Shown piece after piece: positions 8,916 to 19,072 of a DNA stretch of 64,000 nt. Location: contig CAVQKE010000001.1 of NCBI GenBank assembly GCA_963713045.1, positions 512,001 through 576,000 on the forward strand, read 5' to 3'. The translations under genes were made by a program, and so were the position numbers. This DNA comes from an uncultured delta proteobacterium. GTDB lineage: Bacteria; Myxococcota; Myxococcia; Myxococcales; Myxococcaceae. Position 1 is the stretch's first letter. Each line of letters opens with the position of its first letter. Below the pieces are notes generated by a model, which worked only from the letters and a program-made list of their open reading frames with translations, searched no databases and was not told the origin of the DNA.

Positions 8916-10142
8916 TTGAAAGCCTCCGACATCGTCGCTTGGGTTCTCTGTCTTTTGGCAGTAGCGAGCTGCCATCGCGCAGCCCCTTCGCCGGGGGAAG
9001 TCGGGGATGCTGTGCGCACCACCGACGGCGCCCTCGCCACGGCCAACCTGGACTCCCTCGTCGAGGCGCACCAGGGCTTGGTCACGCGGGACGCGCGCTG
9101 GGCGGCCCAGCGTGCCGTTCTGGTCGACTTGCTCCAGACGCGAGGGCAACTGCTCGGCCGCCTCGGGGATTATGACCGAGCTCAGGAGGTGGCCCAGGAG
9201 GCTGTGCGCATCGCCCCGCAGCTTCCGGAATCGTGGCTGGCTCGCGCCAGTAACTCCCTCACCTTTCACCGCTTCCAAGACGCGCTCGGGGACCTCGAGG
9301 AAGCCGGCCGCCGCGGCGCCGGCGAGGACGCGGTGCGCGCGCTTCGCGCCTCCGCGCTGCTCGCGGAAGGGAAAACAGACCAGGCGCTCGTGCTCCGCCG
9401 CCAGGCGGTGCAGCGTTGGGCAAACACCTCGAATTTGGCGGCGTTGGCGGTCGCGGAGATGGCCGCCGGGGACCTGGCGCAGGCCGATGCCCACCTGGAC
9501 GCAGCGGCCCGCGTCTACCGTGACTCAGCGCCCTTTGGTTTGGCCTTCATCGACTTCCAACGGGCTCTGCTGGCAGAGGAACAAGGAAATCTCGACCGGG
9601 CGAGCGCTCGCTATCAAGCCGTCCTCCAGCGCCTTCCCGGTCACGTCCAAGCGGCCGTCCACCTGGCAGCTCTCGACCTGGCGCGCGGCGAGGTCGACCG
9701 GGCTGCCCTGCTGCTGCTGCCGTTCGCCCCGGTGGATGACCCCGAAGTGATGGCCCTCCGCGCCGACGTACTCGAGCGGCAGCAACGTCGGGCTGAAGCG
9801 GAGGCCCTCCGACTGCGCGTTGAGGAGCGGTACCGCGCGCTGGTGGCACGCCACCCAGAAGCATTCGCCGACCATGCAGCGCGCTTCCTGCTGATGCGGG
9901 ATGCACCGCGTGCTCTGGCCTTGGCTCGACTCAACCTCGCCGTGCGACAGACGCCTGCGGCCTATGACTTGGCCCTATCCGCGGCCCAAGCCGAGGGCAA
10001 CTCGGCGCTGCGCTGCGAATTCGCCAAGCAGGCCCAAGGGCTGCCCCACCCGACCGCTCGGCTTCGCGCCCTCGCCCTCAGTGGCCTCGCTGGCTGTCCG
10101 GTTGCGCTGCTTCCTGGCCTTGTGGGCCCGTTGTCGCGTTAA
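8916..10142 (+). CDS. TPR-repeat (lipo)protein associated with DUF4331/HupE
   Basis: TTG start 4 nt after the upstream stop, possible lipobox VASC, Ala/Leu-rich helical repeats. Confidence 0.75.
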   Translation: MKASDIVAWVLCLLAVASCHRAAPSPGEVGDAVRTTDGALATANLDSLVEAHQGLVTRDARWAAQRAVLVDLLQTRGQLLGRLGDYDRAQEVAQEAVRIAPQLPESWLARASNSLTFHRFQDALGDLEEAGRRGAGEDAVRALRASALLAEGKTDQALVLRRQAVQRWANTSNLAALAVAEMAAGDLAQADAHLDAAARVYRDSAPFGLAFIDFQRALLAEEQGNLDRASARYQAVLQRLPGHVQAAVHLAALDLARGEVDRAALLLLPFAPVDDPEVMALRADVLERQQRRAEAEALRLRVEERYRALVARHPEAFADHAARFLLMRDAPRALALARLNLAVRQTPAAYDLALSAAQAEGNSALRCEFAKQAQGLPHPTARLRALALSGLAGCPVALLPGLVGPLSR

Positions 10143-10146
10143 CCGC

Positions 10147-10164
10147 GGGGCCCCAAAAGGCCCC
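10147..10164 (+). terminator. GC hairpin after the TPR gene
   Basis: GGGGCC-ccaaaa-GGCCCC. No U-tract follows. Confidence 0.3.
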
Positions 10165-10377
10165 CGTCTCGAGTCTCGCGCCGCACGACGCACCGCGGTA
10201 ACCGCGCGCCGTGCTTGCGAGGCGTTCCAGCAGAGGACTACAAGTCCGCCTCGGTCGAAGCGCCCGCTCACCGCAATTGCTTCTGGCGCGCGGGTTAGTG
10301 GTCGTCCTGTTGTCGGTCTGCCGTCTTGCGAGGCCATTCCCAGCGCACCGCGCTGGGTTGCCTCAGGGAGAGCAAAC

Positions 10378-12024
10378 GTGACCTGGCCGCAAAATTACGA
10401 CCCTCTGGGTAACCTATTTCTTTCGGCGCTGGTGGCGGCCATCCCCGTCATCGTCCTGTTGGGTTCCCTGGCGTTCTTCCACGTCCGCGCGCACATCGCC
10501 GCGCTTCTCGGTTTGGGGGCGGCGCTGTTGGTTGCACTTTTCGTCTACCACATGCCGGCGTCGATGGGTTTCGCAGCCGCGTTCAACGGGGCGCTGTTCG
10601 GACTGATGCCCATTGGCTGGATCGTCCTGAACGCCATTTTCGTCTACGACGTCTCGGTTAAGACCGGGAAATTCGAGATTGTGAAGGAGACCATCGCCGG
10701 CTTGGCCAGCGACCGCCGCATTCAGATTTTGCTGATTGGCTTTTCCTTCGGTGCCTTCATCGAAGGGGCCGCCGGATTCGGAACGCCGGTCGCCATTTGT
10801 GCGGCCATGCTCATCGGTCTCGGCTTCAAGCCCCTGGCCGCCGCCGGGCTGTCGCTGATTGGAAACACGGCGCCGGTCGCGTTTGGCGCGTTGGGCACTC
10901 CGGTCATCACCCTGGCCAAGGTCACCGGCCTTCCGGAAAACCTTCTCAGTGCGATGGTGGGAAGGCAGCTGCCGTTTTTTTCGCTCATCGTCCCTTTCTG
11001 GCTGGTGTGGGCGATGGCTGGGTTCGCGGGGATGGTCGAGGTCTGGCCTGCTTGTCTTGTGGCCGGAGTCTTTTTCGCCGTTCCCCAATTCCTGGTCAGC
11101 AATTTCCATGGCCCGGCGCTGGTGGACATCATCGCGTCCTTGGTCAGCATCATCGCGACGTACGGCCTCTTGAAGTTCTGGCAGCCGAAGCGGATTTGGC
11201 GCTTCGAAGGGGAGCACGACGGCGTCGAGGGGTTGAAGAAACACTCGAGGGCTGAGGCTTGGAAGGCTTGGATGCCGTGGGTCATTCTCTCGGCGTTGGT
11301 GGGCATCTGGGGCACCACCACCGTGAAGGACCTGCTGAACAAGTCGTTTGGAGGCGTTTTCGCCCCCAAGTGGGCCATCCCTGGCCTCCACAACTTGGTC
11401 CTGCGAATGGCCCCGCTGGTTCCCAAGCCCACGCCCGAGGGGGCCATCTACACCTTCAACTACCTGTCGGCGACGGGAACTGCGCTGTTGCTGACCGGCA
11501 TCATTTCGGGACTGCTCCTCGGCCTCAACTTCGGAAAACTCCTCCGCATTTACGCGGGAACCCTCCACCGGGTGCGGTATTCACTTCTGACCATCGCCGC
11601 GATGTTGGCGCTGGGTTTCGTCACCCGTTATTCCGGCTCGGACTCCACCATGGGATTGGCCTTCGCGACCACCGGGAAACTGTTCCCCTTCTTTGCGGCC
11701 CTCGTTGGCTGGCTCGGGGTGGCGCTGACCGGCAGCGACACCGCTTCGAACGTCCTCTTTGGCAACCTCCAAAAAGTCAGCGCGCAAGCCCTTGGCCTCA
11801 ACCCCATCCTCACCGCCGCCGCAAACAGTTCGGGCGGCGTGATGGGGAAGATGATTGACGCGCAAAGCATCGTGGTTGCCGGTGTCGCCACCGGCCAGGT
11901 TGGCCAGGAAGGCACCATCCTCCGCTACGTCTTCTTCCATTCCCTAGCCCTGGCAGTCTTGGTGGGAATCCTGGTCTACCTCCAGGCCTACGTCTTCCCG
12001 GGCATGGTTCCGCCGTACCCGTAA
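10378..12024 (+). CDS. lctP: L-lactate/glycolate permease (LctP/GlcA family)
   Basis: [59 protein letters not shown] follows GGGAG. Confidence 0.93.
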   Translation: MTWPQNYDPLGNLFLSALVAAIPVIVLLGSLAFFHVRAHIAALLGLGAALLVALFVYHMPASMGFAAAFNGALFGLMPIGWIVLNAIFVYDVSVKTGKFEIVKETIAGLASDRRIQILLIGFSFGAFIEGAAGFGTPVAICAAMLIGLGFKPLAAAGLSLIGNTAPVAFGALGTPVITLAKVTGLPENLLSAMVGRQLPFFSLIVPFWLVWAMAGFAGMVEVWPACLVAGVFFAVPQFLVSNFHGPALVDIIASLVSIIATYGLLKFWQPKRIWRFEGEHDGVEGLKKHSRAEAWKAWMPWVILSALVGIWGTTTVKDLLNKSFGGVFAPKWAIPGLHNLVLRMAPLVPKPTPEGAIYTFNYLSATGTALLLTGIISGLLLGLNFGKLLRIYAGTLHRVRYSLLTIAAMLALGFVTRYSGSDSTMGLAFATTGKLFPFFAALVGWLGVALTGSDTASNVLFGNLQKVSAQALGLNPILTAAANSSGGVMGKMIDAQSIVVAGVATGQVGQEGTILRYVFFHSLALAVLVGILVYLQAYVFPGMVPPYP

Positions 12025-12033
12025 GGTTTCGCC

Positions 12034-13599
12034 ATGTCGCTGCAGGTCCTGACCGCCGCTCCACAGGGCACCGAGAAGGTGCTCAGCCGCGAAGCGCTCG
12101 CCTTCATTGAGGCGCTTCACCGGGAATTCAACCCGACCCGCGAGCAGCTGCTCGCCCGCCGTCTTGAGCGGCAGAAGACATTCGACGCCGGGACGTCTCC
12201 CGACTTCCTGCCCGAAACCAAGTCCATCCGCGGCGGAGACTGGAAGGTGGCCCCGACGCCGAGCGATTTGCAAAAGCGCCGAGTGGAGATTACCGGCCCG
12301 GCTGAAGCCAAGATGATGATTAACGCGCTCAACTCGGGCGCATCCGTCTTCATGGCCGACTTTGAGGACTCGCTCTCGCCCTCCTGGCGTAACGTCCTCG
12401 CCGGGCAGCAAGCCTGCTCCGAAGCCGTCCGGCGTACGCTGACCTTCACCAGCCCGGAGGGGAAGCGCTATGCGCTCGCCGACAGGACGGCGACGCTGCT
12501 GGTGCGTCCCAGGGGCTGGCACCTTCCTGAAAAGCACATCACCGTCGACGGGAGGCTCATCAGCGCCAGCCTGTTCGACTTCGGGTTGTACTTCTTTCAC
12601 AACGCGCGGGAACTCATCAACCGCGGCTCCGGGCCTTACTTCTATCTTCCGAAAATGGAGAGCCACCTCGAGGCTCGGCTCTGGAATGACGTCTTTCGCG
12701 CGGCGCAACAGGCGCTGAAGATTCCGCAGGGCACCATTCGGGCCACGGTCCTCATCGAGACGCTCCCGGCGGCCTTCGAAATGGAGGAGATTCTGTACGA
12801 GTTGCGAGAGCACGCGAGCGGCCTCAACGCCGGTCGCTGGGACTACATGTTCTCGTTCATCAAGAAGTTCCGAAACCGGAAGGACAAGGTGCTGCCGGAC
12901 CGAGTGCAAGTGGCGATGACGGTGCCGTTCCTGCGGGCCTACACCGAGCTGCTGGTGAAGAGCTGCCACCGTCACGACGCACACGCCATGGGCGGCATGT
13001 CACCCTTCATTCCCAACCGGAAGAATCCAGAGGTCAACGACAAGGCCTTGGCCAAGGTGCGCGAGGACAAGCTGCGAGAGGTGAACGACGGCTTCGACGG
13101 CACCTGGGTGGCCCATCCGGACCTGGTCCCGGTGGCAATGGAAGTCTTCGACCAAGTGCTTGGAGAACGCCCTCACCAAAAGGAGAGGAGTCGCGGCGAG
13201 GTCCGCGTAACCGCCGCCCAGCTGGTGGACCCGACCGTTCCCGGAGGACAAATTACCGAGGCCGGCTTCCGCCTCAATGTTGAGGTGGCGCTCCAGTACC
13301 TCAACCAGTGGCTTCTGGAGAATGGTGCCGCCGCCATCCACAACCTGATGGAGGACGCCGCCACCGCCGAAATCTCCCGCGCCCAGCTTTGGCAATGGAT
13401 TCGCCATGGAGCGTCTTTGGCCGACGGTCGGCCAGCGACGCGCGCCCTGTACCAGACCATCCGCGCCGAGGAGCTGGCCAAGCTGGGGGGTCCGGAGGCG
13501 GCACGTTACCGGGATGCGGCGGCTCTCCTCGACAAGATGGTGCTTTCCGAAGAGTTTCCTGACTTCCTCACCCTTCCCGCCTACGCGCTGCTCGACTAG
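12034..13599 (+). CDS. aceB: Malate synthase A
   Basis: [62 protein letters not shown]. Length 521 aa fits MSA. Confidence 0.96.
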   Translation: MSLQVLTAAPQGTEKVLSREALAFIEALHREFNPTREQLLARRLERQKTFDAGTSPDFLPETKSIRGGDWKVAPTPSDLQKRRVEITGPAEAKMMINALNSGASVFMADFEDSLSPSWRNVLAGQQACSEAVRRTLTFTSPEGKRYALADRTATLLVRPRGWHLPEKHITVDGRLISASLFDFGLYFFHNARELINRGSGPYFYLPKMESHLEARLWNDVFRAAQQALKIPQGTIRATVLIETLPAAFEMEEILYELREHASGLNAGRWDYMFSFIKKFRNRKDKVLPDRVQVAMTVPFLRAYTELLVKSCHRHDAHAMGGMSPFIPNRKNPEVNDKALAKVREDKLREVNDGFDGTWVAHPDLVPVAMEVFDQVLGERPHQKERSRGEVRVTAAQLVDPTVPGGQITEAGFRLNVEVALQYLNQWLLENGAAAIHNLMEDAATAEISRAQLWQWIRHGASLADGRPATRALYQTIRAEELAKLGGPEAARYRDAAALLDKMVLSEEFPDFLTLPAYALLD

Positions 13600-13617
13600 C
13601 GCGGGAGCCGCCTTCCC

Positions 13618-15117
13618 GTGTCGTCCCCCTCCGTCGTCTCCGCCGTCACGCCGACGCCCTCCCGTCCGGTCAACGCGTGGGTGTCGGCGCAACTGGCGAC
13701 CATCGTTGGTACCAAGCACGTCCTGTCGGACCCCGGGGCCCTTCGCACCTACGCCAGCGACGCGCTGGCCACTTTCGCCGTCGAGCCGGGCGTGGTGGTG
13801 CTGCCGGCGTCCACCGAGGAAGTGGTGGAGGTGGTGAAGGTGGCGCGGGCGGCCGGGCTTCCCGTGGTTCCGCGGGGTTCAGGGACTGGGCTCTCCGGCG
13901 GCGCCCTGCCGGTGCCAGGCTGCATCCTGGTGGGGATGGCCAGGATGAACCGGATTCTGGAGGTTGACTTGGCCAACCGCTGGATGCGGGTCCAGCCAGG
14001 CGTCATCAACCTCGACGTCAGCAAACGCATTGCCCCGGAGGGCTACTACTACGCACCGGACCCGTCGTCGCAGAGCGTCTGCACCATCGGCGGAAACGTG
14101 GCCGAGAATTCCGGCGGGGCGCACTGCCTGAAGTACGGCTTCACCGTGAACCACGTCCTCGCCGCCCGACTGGTGACGTACGACGGCACGGTGGCCGAAC
14201 TGGGGTCACCGGTGCCGGACACCCCGGGCTTCGACATGCTCGGGGTGGTGGTCGGAAGCGAAGGCCTTTTGGGCATCGTCACCGAAGTCACCTTGCGCCT
14301 TTTGCGCAAGCCCGAAGCCACCCGGACCTTCTTTGCCACCTTCCCCTCCACCACCGAAGCTGGGCACTGCGTCTCGGAAATTATTGGGTCGGGCATCATT
14401 CCGGCAGCCATCGAAATGATGGACCGCCTGGCCATCGAAGCCGCCAAGGCCGCCACCGGGCTGGACTGGCCGGACGTCGGCGCAGCCCTCCTGATGGACG
14501 TGGACGGTCCACTGGCCGAGGCCGAGCACACGTCGCAGAAAGCGGTCGAATTCGCGCGCCGCACCGGGGCGCTTGAGGTCCGCGTCCCAAGGGACGAGGC
14601 CGAGCGGATGTTGATGTGGAAGGGCAGAAAGAGTGCCTTCGCTGCCGTGGGGCGCATCAGCCCGAACTACATTGTCCAGGACGGCGTCATCCCGCGCACC
14701 GCCATTGCGGAGGTGCTGGCTGAGATTAGCCGCTTGTCCTTGAAGGACGGGCTTCGGGTGGCCAACGTCTTTCACGCCGGTGACGGCAACCTGCACCCGC
14801 TGGTCCTCTTCGACGCCAAGCTTCCCGGCGAGGAGCAACGGGCAGAGGCGCTGGCGGGCGAAATTCTCCGCATCTGCCTGCGCCACGGCGGCTCCATCAC
14901 CGGTGAGCACGGCGTCGGCGCAGACAAGGCAGTCTACATGGGGGAGATGTTCACCGAGGCTGACCTCGACACCATGGCCCAGGTGCGCTGCGCGTTTGAC
15001 CCGGAGCAGCGCTTCAACCCGGGCAAGGTGTTTCCCACCCCCAGGTTGTGCGGGGACCGGCCCGGACTCTACCGGCCTCACCCCGCCGAGGCCTCCGGCC
15101 TGGCGGAGCGCGTCTGA
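13618..15117 (+). CDS. glcD: Glycolate oxidase FAD subunit GlcD
   Basis: PRGSGTGLSGG, APDPSSQ, GGAHCLKYG, GSEGLLG, FHAGDGNLHP, GEHGVG, NPGK. Confidence 0.93.
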   Translation: MSSPSVVSAVTPTPSRPVNAWVSAQLATIVGTKHVLSDPGALRTYASDALATFAVEPGVVVLPASTEEVVEVVKVARAAGLPVVPRGSGTGLSGGALPVPGCILVGMARMNRILEVDLANRWMRVQPGVINLDVSKRIAPEGYYYAPDPSSQSVCTIGGNVAENSGGAHCLKYGFTVNHVLAARLVTYDGTVAELGSPVPDTPGFDMLGVVVGSEGLLGIVTEVTLRLLRKPEATRTFFATFPSTTEAGHCVSEIIGSGIIPAAIEMMDRLAIEAAKAATGLDWPDVGAALLMDVDGPLAEAEHTSQKAVEFARRTGALEVRVPRDEAERMLMWKGRKSAFAAVGRISPNYIVQDGVIPRTAIAEVLAEISRLSLKDGLRVANVFHAGDGNLHPLVLFDAKLPGEEQRAEALAGEILRICLRHGGSITGEHGVGADKAVYMGEMFTEADLDTMAQVRCAFDPEQRFNPGKVFPTPRLCGDRPGLYRPHPAEASGLAERV

Positions 15118-16352
15118 TGGCCGCCAGGGCGATGCCTGGCACGCCCTCCGAGGCGGTGCTCGGCGTCCAGCCGACACGCGTCTACCGGCCCGACACGCTG
15201 GATGAGGCCGAGGAGGCCATCCGTGAGAGCGCCCAGGACGGCCTGCGGTTGGCCTTCGTCGGAGGCGGCACGGAGTTGGAGCTCGGCGCGCCGCCCTCCG
15301 CTTTGGACGCCGTCCTCTGCACGCTGGGCCTGTCCCGGATTGTGGAGTACGCCCCCCTCGACCAGATTGTGACGGTGGAGTCGGGGGTTCGGCTGGCCGT
15401 GCTGCAGGCGCGGCTGCGCGAGAAGCGCCAGATGCTGGCCCTGGACCCGCCCTGGGCAGAGCGCGCGACAGTCGGCGGAATCGTCGCCACCAACGCCTTT
15501 GGGCCCCGCCGGACGCGCTACGGCAGCGTGCGCGACCTCCTCATTGGCATCACGCTGTTCCGCGCCGACGGGACACGGGCCAAAGCTGGGGGCAAAGTCG
15601 TCAAGAACGTCGCTGGCTTTGACTTGCCCAAGCTGATGGCCGGCTCACTCGGTAGCCTCGGCCTCATCGGCACTTTGACGTTTCGCGTTCACCCGCTTCC
15701 CGAGGCCTCCAGCACCGTCGTCTTCCCCCGCGCAGCTCCGCAGACGCTGGGACGCGTGGTGGAGGAGATGCGCGCGGCCCAATTGGAACCGGCCGCCGTG
15801 GCGGCTCTGTGGAGCGAAGCCGGCTTGGACTTGGGCTGCCGCTTCGAGGGCTTTGAGGCCGGGGTGCGTCAGCAGCGAACTCGGCTCGAGTCGCTGGCTC
15901 GCACCCTGGAACTTCCAGCGGAGGTGCTCGACGGCTCTGCGGCGGATGGCTTCTGGAGTCGACAGACTTCGGTGCGCGAGGCCCCGGCCACGGTGCGGGC
16001 CAAAATTTCTTCCCTTCCCAGCGAATTGCCGCGCGTCGCGGCCCAGCTCTGGCCCCAGCTGTGCCAGGCCCTCCACGCCCCGCGGGCAGTCTTTTACCCG
16101 ACGCTGGGCCTCTCCTTCGTCGCCGGAAACATGCGCGACGCAGGCGCTCTCGCCCTGGCCATTGCTCGCTCCCGCGAGGCGCTGGCAGCCAGAGGGGGTC
16201 ACCTCGTCCTCCACGCCGCTCCAGCCGAGTTGCGCGCTCGCACCGACGTCTGGGGGCCCGCTCCGGCTGCCGCCTTCCTTTTTCGACGGGTGAAGGATGC
16301 CCTCGACCCCGAGCATCGACTCGCCGCCGGCCGCTTGGTGGGAGGACTGTAG
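15117..16352 (+). CDS. glcE: Glycolate oxidase FAD subunit GlcE
   Basis: ATVGGIVATNAFGPRR, GGKVVKNVAGFDLPKL. TGATG overlap with glcD. Confidence 0.9.
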   Translation: MAARAMPGTPSEAVLGVQPTRVYRPDTLDEAEEAIRESAQDGLRLAFVGGGTELELGAPPSALDAVLCTLGLSRIVEYAPLDQIVTVESGVRLAVLQARLREKRQMLALDPPWAERATVGGIVATNAFGPRRTRYGSVRDLLIGITLFRADGTRAKAGGKVVKNVAGFDLPKLMAGSLGSLGLIGTLTFRVHPLPEASSTVVFPRAAPQTLGRVVEEMRAAQLEPAAVAALWSEAGLDLGCRFEGFEAGVRQQRTRLESLARTLELPAEVLDGSAADGFWSRQTSVREAPATVRAKISSLPSELPRVAAQLWPQLCQALHAPRAVFYPTLGLSFVAGNMRDAGALALAIARSREALAARGGHLVLHAAPAELRARTDVWGPAPAAAFLFRRVKDALDPEHRLAAGRLVGGL

Positions 16353-16356
16353 CGCC

Positions 16357-17838
16357 ATGGCGCAACGCGAATTACTCGACGACTGCGTCCACTGCGGCTT
16401 CTGCCTACCGCATTGCCCCACCTACCAGTCCTGGGGCGAGGAGATGGACAGCCCCCGCGGCCGGATAGATTTGATGAAGGGCCTCCGCAGCGGCCAGGTT
16501 TCCCTCACCGGGGAGGTGGTGGGCTACTTCGACCGCTGCCTCGGCTGCTTGGCGTGCGTCACCGCCTGCCCGTCCGGAGTGCAGTACGGAACCCTCATCG
16601 AAGAGACCCGGGCACGCGTGGAATCCGCCCACCCGCGGGGCCTTGCCGACCGGGCCTTCCGGGGGCTGGTCTTTTGGCTTTTCCCACACCCAGCACGGCT
16701 CCGCGCGATGCTGCTGCCACTGTGGCTCTACATCGCCTCGGGGCTTCGGCGGCTGGTCCACATGACCGGCTTGTTTCAGCTGCTGCCAGAACGCTTGCGG
16801 CAGTTGGAGGCGATGCTGCCGGAGGTGCGTTGGGCCCACCTGCGGGCGACGCTGCCGCCGCACGTTCCAGCCCAGGGACAAAGGCGCGCCACTGTCGGGC
16901 TGGTCGCGGGCTGCGTCCAGCGCGTCTTCTTTCCGTCGGTGAATGAGGCCACGGTGCGCGTGCTGGCTGCCGAGGGCTGCGAGGTCCGCATTCCGGCGCA
17001 AGGCTGCTGTGGCGCGCTCAGCCTCCACACCGGCCGCGCGACCGAGGGGCTGGCTCTGGCGCGCGCCCTCATCGAGCGCTTTGAAAATACCGGCGTGGAC
17101 ACCGTTGTCATCAACTCGGCCGGCTGTGGCAGCGTCCTCAAGGACTATGGCCGTCTGTTGGCCGGGGATTTGGCCTGGGCTCAACGGGCGCGCGCCTTCA
17201 GCGCCAAGGTCCGCGACGTCCACGAGTTTCTGGCCGCCCTCGGACCGCGCGCCCTTCGTCACCCGGTGCACGCCCGGGTGGCCTACCACGACGCCTGTCA
17301 CCTCGCGCACGGTCAAGGCATTCGAGCGCAGCCGCGGGAGCTGCTGCGTGCCATCCCCGGCGTGGAGTTGCTGGAGATTCCGGACGGAGACACCTGCTGC
17401 GGAAGCGCGGGAACCTACAACCTGATGGAGCCCGCGAGCGCCGCTGAAATCGGCAAACGCAAGGTCGCCAACGTCCTCGGGACGGGCTGTCAACTGTTGG
17501 CCAGTGCGAACCCGGGGTGCACGCTGCAAATTCAGAAGTTGGTCCGTGACCAGGGCAGGCAGCTGGCAGCCGCACATCCCATCGAGATTCTCGATGCCTC
17601 GCTTCGTGGCGCGGCACTCAACCCCGGCTCCCCCACCGCTTCCACTCAATCCAAGGCGCACACCCCACCGTCGGTGGCAGGGGTGCAGGGGATGGCGCAC
17701 AGGCCCCCGTCGGCGCCCGCCGGCGCGACACATTCAATGCAGGTCCCAGCATCCGCCAGGGGGACCTCCGCACTGACCAGACAGGTGGAAAGGGAGTTGG
17801 TGCCGCTGATTTGCGTCCCATTGACGACTGCTGTGTAG
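16357..17838 (+). CDS. glcF: Glycolate oxidase Fe-S subunit GlcF (C-terminal read-through extension)
   Basis: CVHCGFCLPHCPT, CLGCLACVTACPSG, CCG domains (QGCCGAL, YHDACHLAH, CCGSAGTYN, ANPGC). Confidence 0.92.
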   Translation: MAQRELLDDCVHCGFCLPHCPTYQSWGEEMDSPRGRIDLMKGLRSGQVSLTGEVVGYFDRCLGCLACVTACPSGVQYGTLIEETRARVESAHPRGLADRAFRGLVFWLFPHPARLRAMLLPLWLYIASGLRRLVHMTGLFQLLPERLRQLEAMLPEVRWAHLRATLPPHVPAQGQRRATVGLVAGCVQRVFFPSVNEATVRVLAAEGCEVRIPAQGCCGALSLHTGRATEGLALARALIERFENTGVDTVVINSAGCGSVLKDYGRLLAGDLAWAQRARAFSAKVRDVHEFLAALGPRALRHPVHARVAYHDACHLAHGQGIRAQPRELLRAIPGVELLEIPDGDTCCGSAGTYNLMEPASAAEIGKRKVANVLGTGCQLLASANPGCTLQIQKLVRDQGRQLAAAHPIEILDASLRGAALNPGSPTASTQSKAHTPPSVAGVQGMAHRPPSAPAGATHSMQVPASARGTSALTRQVERELVPLICVPLTTAV

Positions 17839-18326
17839 CTGAAGGGTGAAATGCCTCCATCCACGGCGTTCAACGACAACAGTGCCGCAGTGCCGCTGGT
17901 GGCGTAGTCGAGTTGGGAGGAGCAGGAACTGTCCGTCTGCAAGACGAAAAGGTTCGAGGCCAGCCCCGGCGGAGTGAAGCTCGACGAGGTCGACCCGGTC
18001 GGGTCGACGATGGTGTAGTTGCCGGCGACCACCGGCAGAGTCGCATTTCCGGCTGAATCCAACGCTCCCAGCAGGATGACCAAATAGGACATCTCTCCGA
18101 TTCCAGCCTCGAGGGGGGGGTACAGCTGAACTCCGGACTGGAGCATCGGGCAGTTGCCCGTTCCGCTGGACAGCACCGCATACCCAATGGTTGGGTTCCC
18201 CGGGTAGAGGACCAGGAGACTTTCCGAGATGTTGAAAGAAATCGCGCCCATGGGCGGGGTGCTGCTGGAGCAGCCGACCAGTTCCGCACTGCTGACAACC
18301 AACGCTAGAAGTAGCCCACTGCGCAT
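17646..18326 (-). CDS. Hypothetical Cys-containing lipoprotein (paralog of the next gene)
   Basis: MRSGLLLALVVSSAELVGC lipobox and SD-like GGAGGA upstream. Confidence 0.7.
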   Translation of the reverse strand: MRSGLLLALVVSSAELVGCSSSTPPMGAISFNISESLLVLYPGNPTIGYAVLSSGTGNCPMLQSGVQLYPPLEAGIGEMSYLVILLGALDSAGNATLPVVAGNYTIVDPTGSTSSSFTPPGLASNLFVLQTDSSCSSQLDYATSGTAALLSLNAVDGGISPFSYTAVVNGTQISGTNSLSTCLVSAEVPLADAGTCIECVAPAGADGGLCAIPCTPATDGGVCALD

Positions 18327-18445
18327 GCCTTCATCCTCCGCCGTGAGTTGACATCTCAGCGCGTACGCCCTTGGACTCCGCAGAGGCCATGCGTGTACGG
18401 CTGACACGCCAAAGCAGACACCTTGGTACCGGGGAAGGTTGCCCC

Positions 18446-19039
18446 TTAAGGAAAGCCCGGCGGCACGCAGGTGCCGGCATCAAACCCCGGCGGCGTCGTT
18501 GGCGGAACGGTGCAGGTGGTGAGGTCATTGGCACCCTGAAAGCGGTTCACTCCGAAGATGAGCGTCCAATTCGCTGCCGAGAGGCCGCCGTCCGGCTCAA
18601 ACGGGTTGAGCGTGAGCGTGCCGCTGTTTGCCCCGGTGGGCGTGAAGGTGCAGGCCCCCCCGGTCTCGTATTCGGTGGCGATTCCGTAGAGCCCCGGCTG
18701 GGTCGCGCCGGTGTCGGAAGGAACGGTGATGCTGTAGGTGCCAGCGCTCAGCGGAAGGAATCCGAGGTTCGGCCCCACCGACTCCAATTGGAACGCGAGA
18801 AAGGCGGTGCTCGCGATGTCGGTCCAGGGGATGCCTTGCCGCAAGTAGGCGCAGTTTCCGCTGGTGCTGGCGAGCAGCACCGTGCCCACCGTTGGGTCGC
18901 TCTCGGTGACGAGCAGCAGACCTTCCGAGACAGTCCAGCCGAGCTGGGCGTCGATGATGGATTGGTCCCCGCTACCGCACGCGGCAATTCCGACCACCAA
19001 CAGCGCCAGCGCTCCTGCCGTCCCAACAGTCCTTCGCAT
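18446..19039 (-). CDS. Hypothetical Cys-containing lipoprotein
   Basis: MRRTVGTAGALALLVVGIAAC lipobox and SD GAGGTG. Aligns by eye with 17646..18326. Confidence 0.75.
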   Translation of the reverse strand: MRRTVGTAGALALLVVGIAACGSGDQSIIDAQLGWTVSEGLLLVTESDPTVGTVLLASTSGNCAYLRQGIPWTDIASTAFLAFQLESVGPNLGFLPLSAGTYSITVPSDTGATQPGLYGIATEYETGGACTFTPTGANSGTLTLNPFEPDGGLSAANWTLIFGVNRFQGANDLTTCTVPPTTPPGFDAGTCVPPGFP

Positions 19040-19072
19040 TCGCTGCACCTCGCTTGTGGCCACGGTTGAAAT

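Noticed and set aside
10283..10299. Sigma54 promoter candidates here, at 1614-1630 and at 44811-44827
   Set aside because: Each lacks the -12 GC or has the GG-N10-GC spacing off by one.
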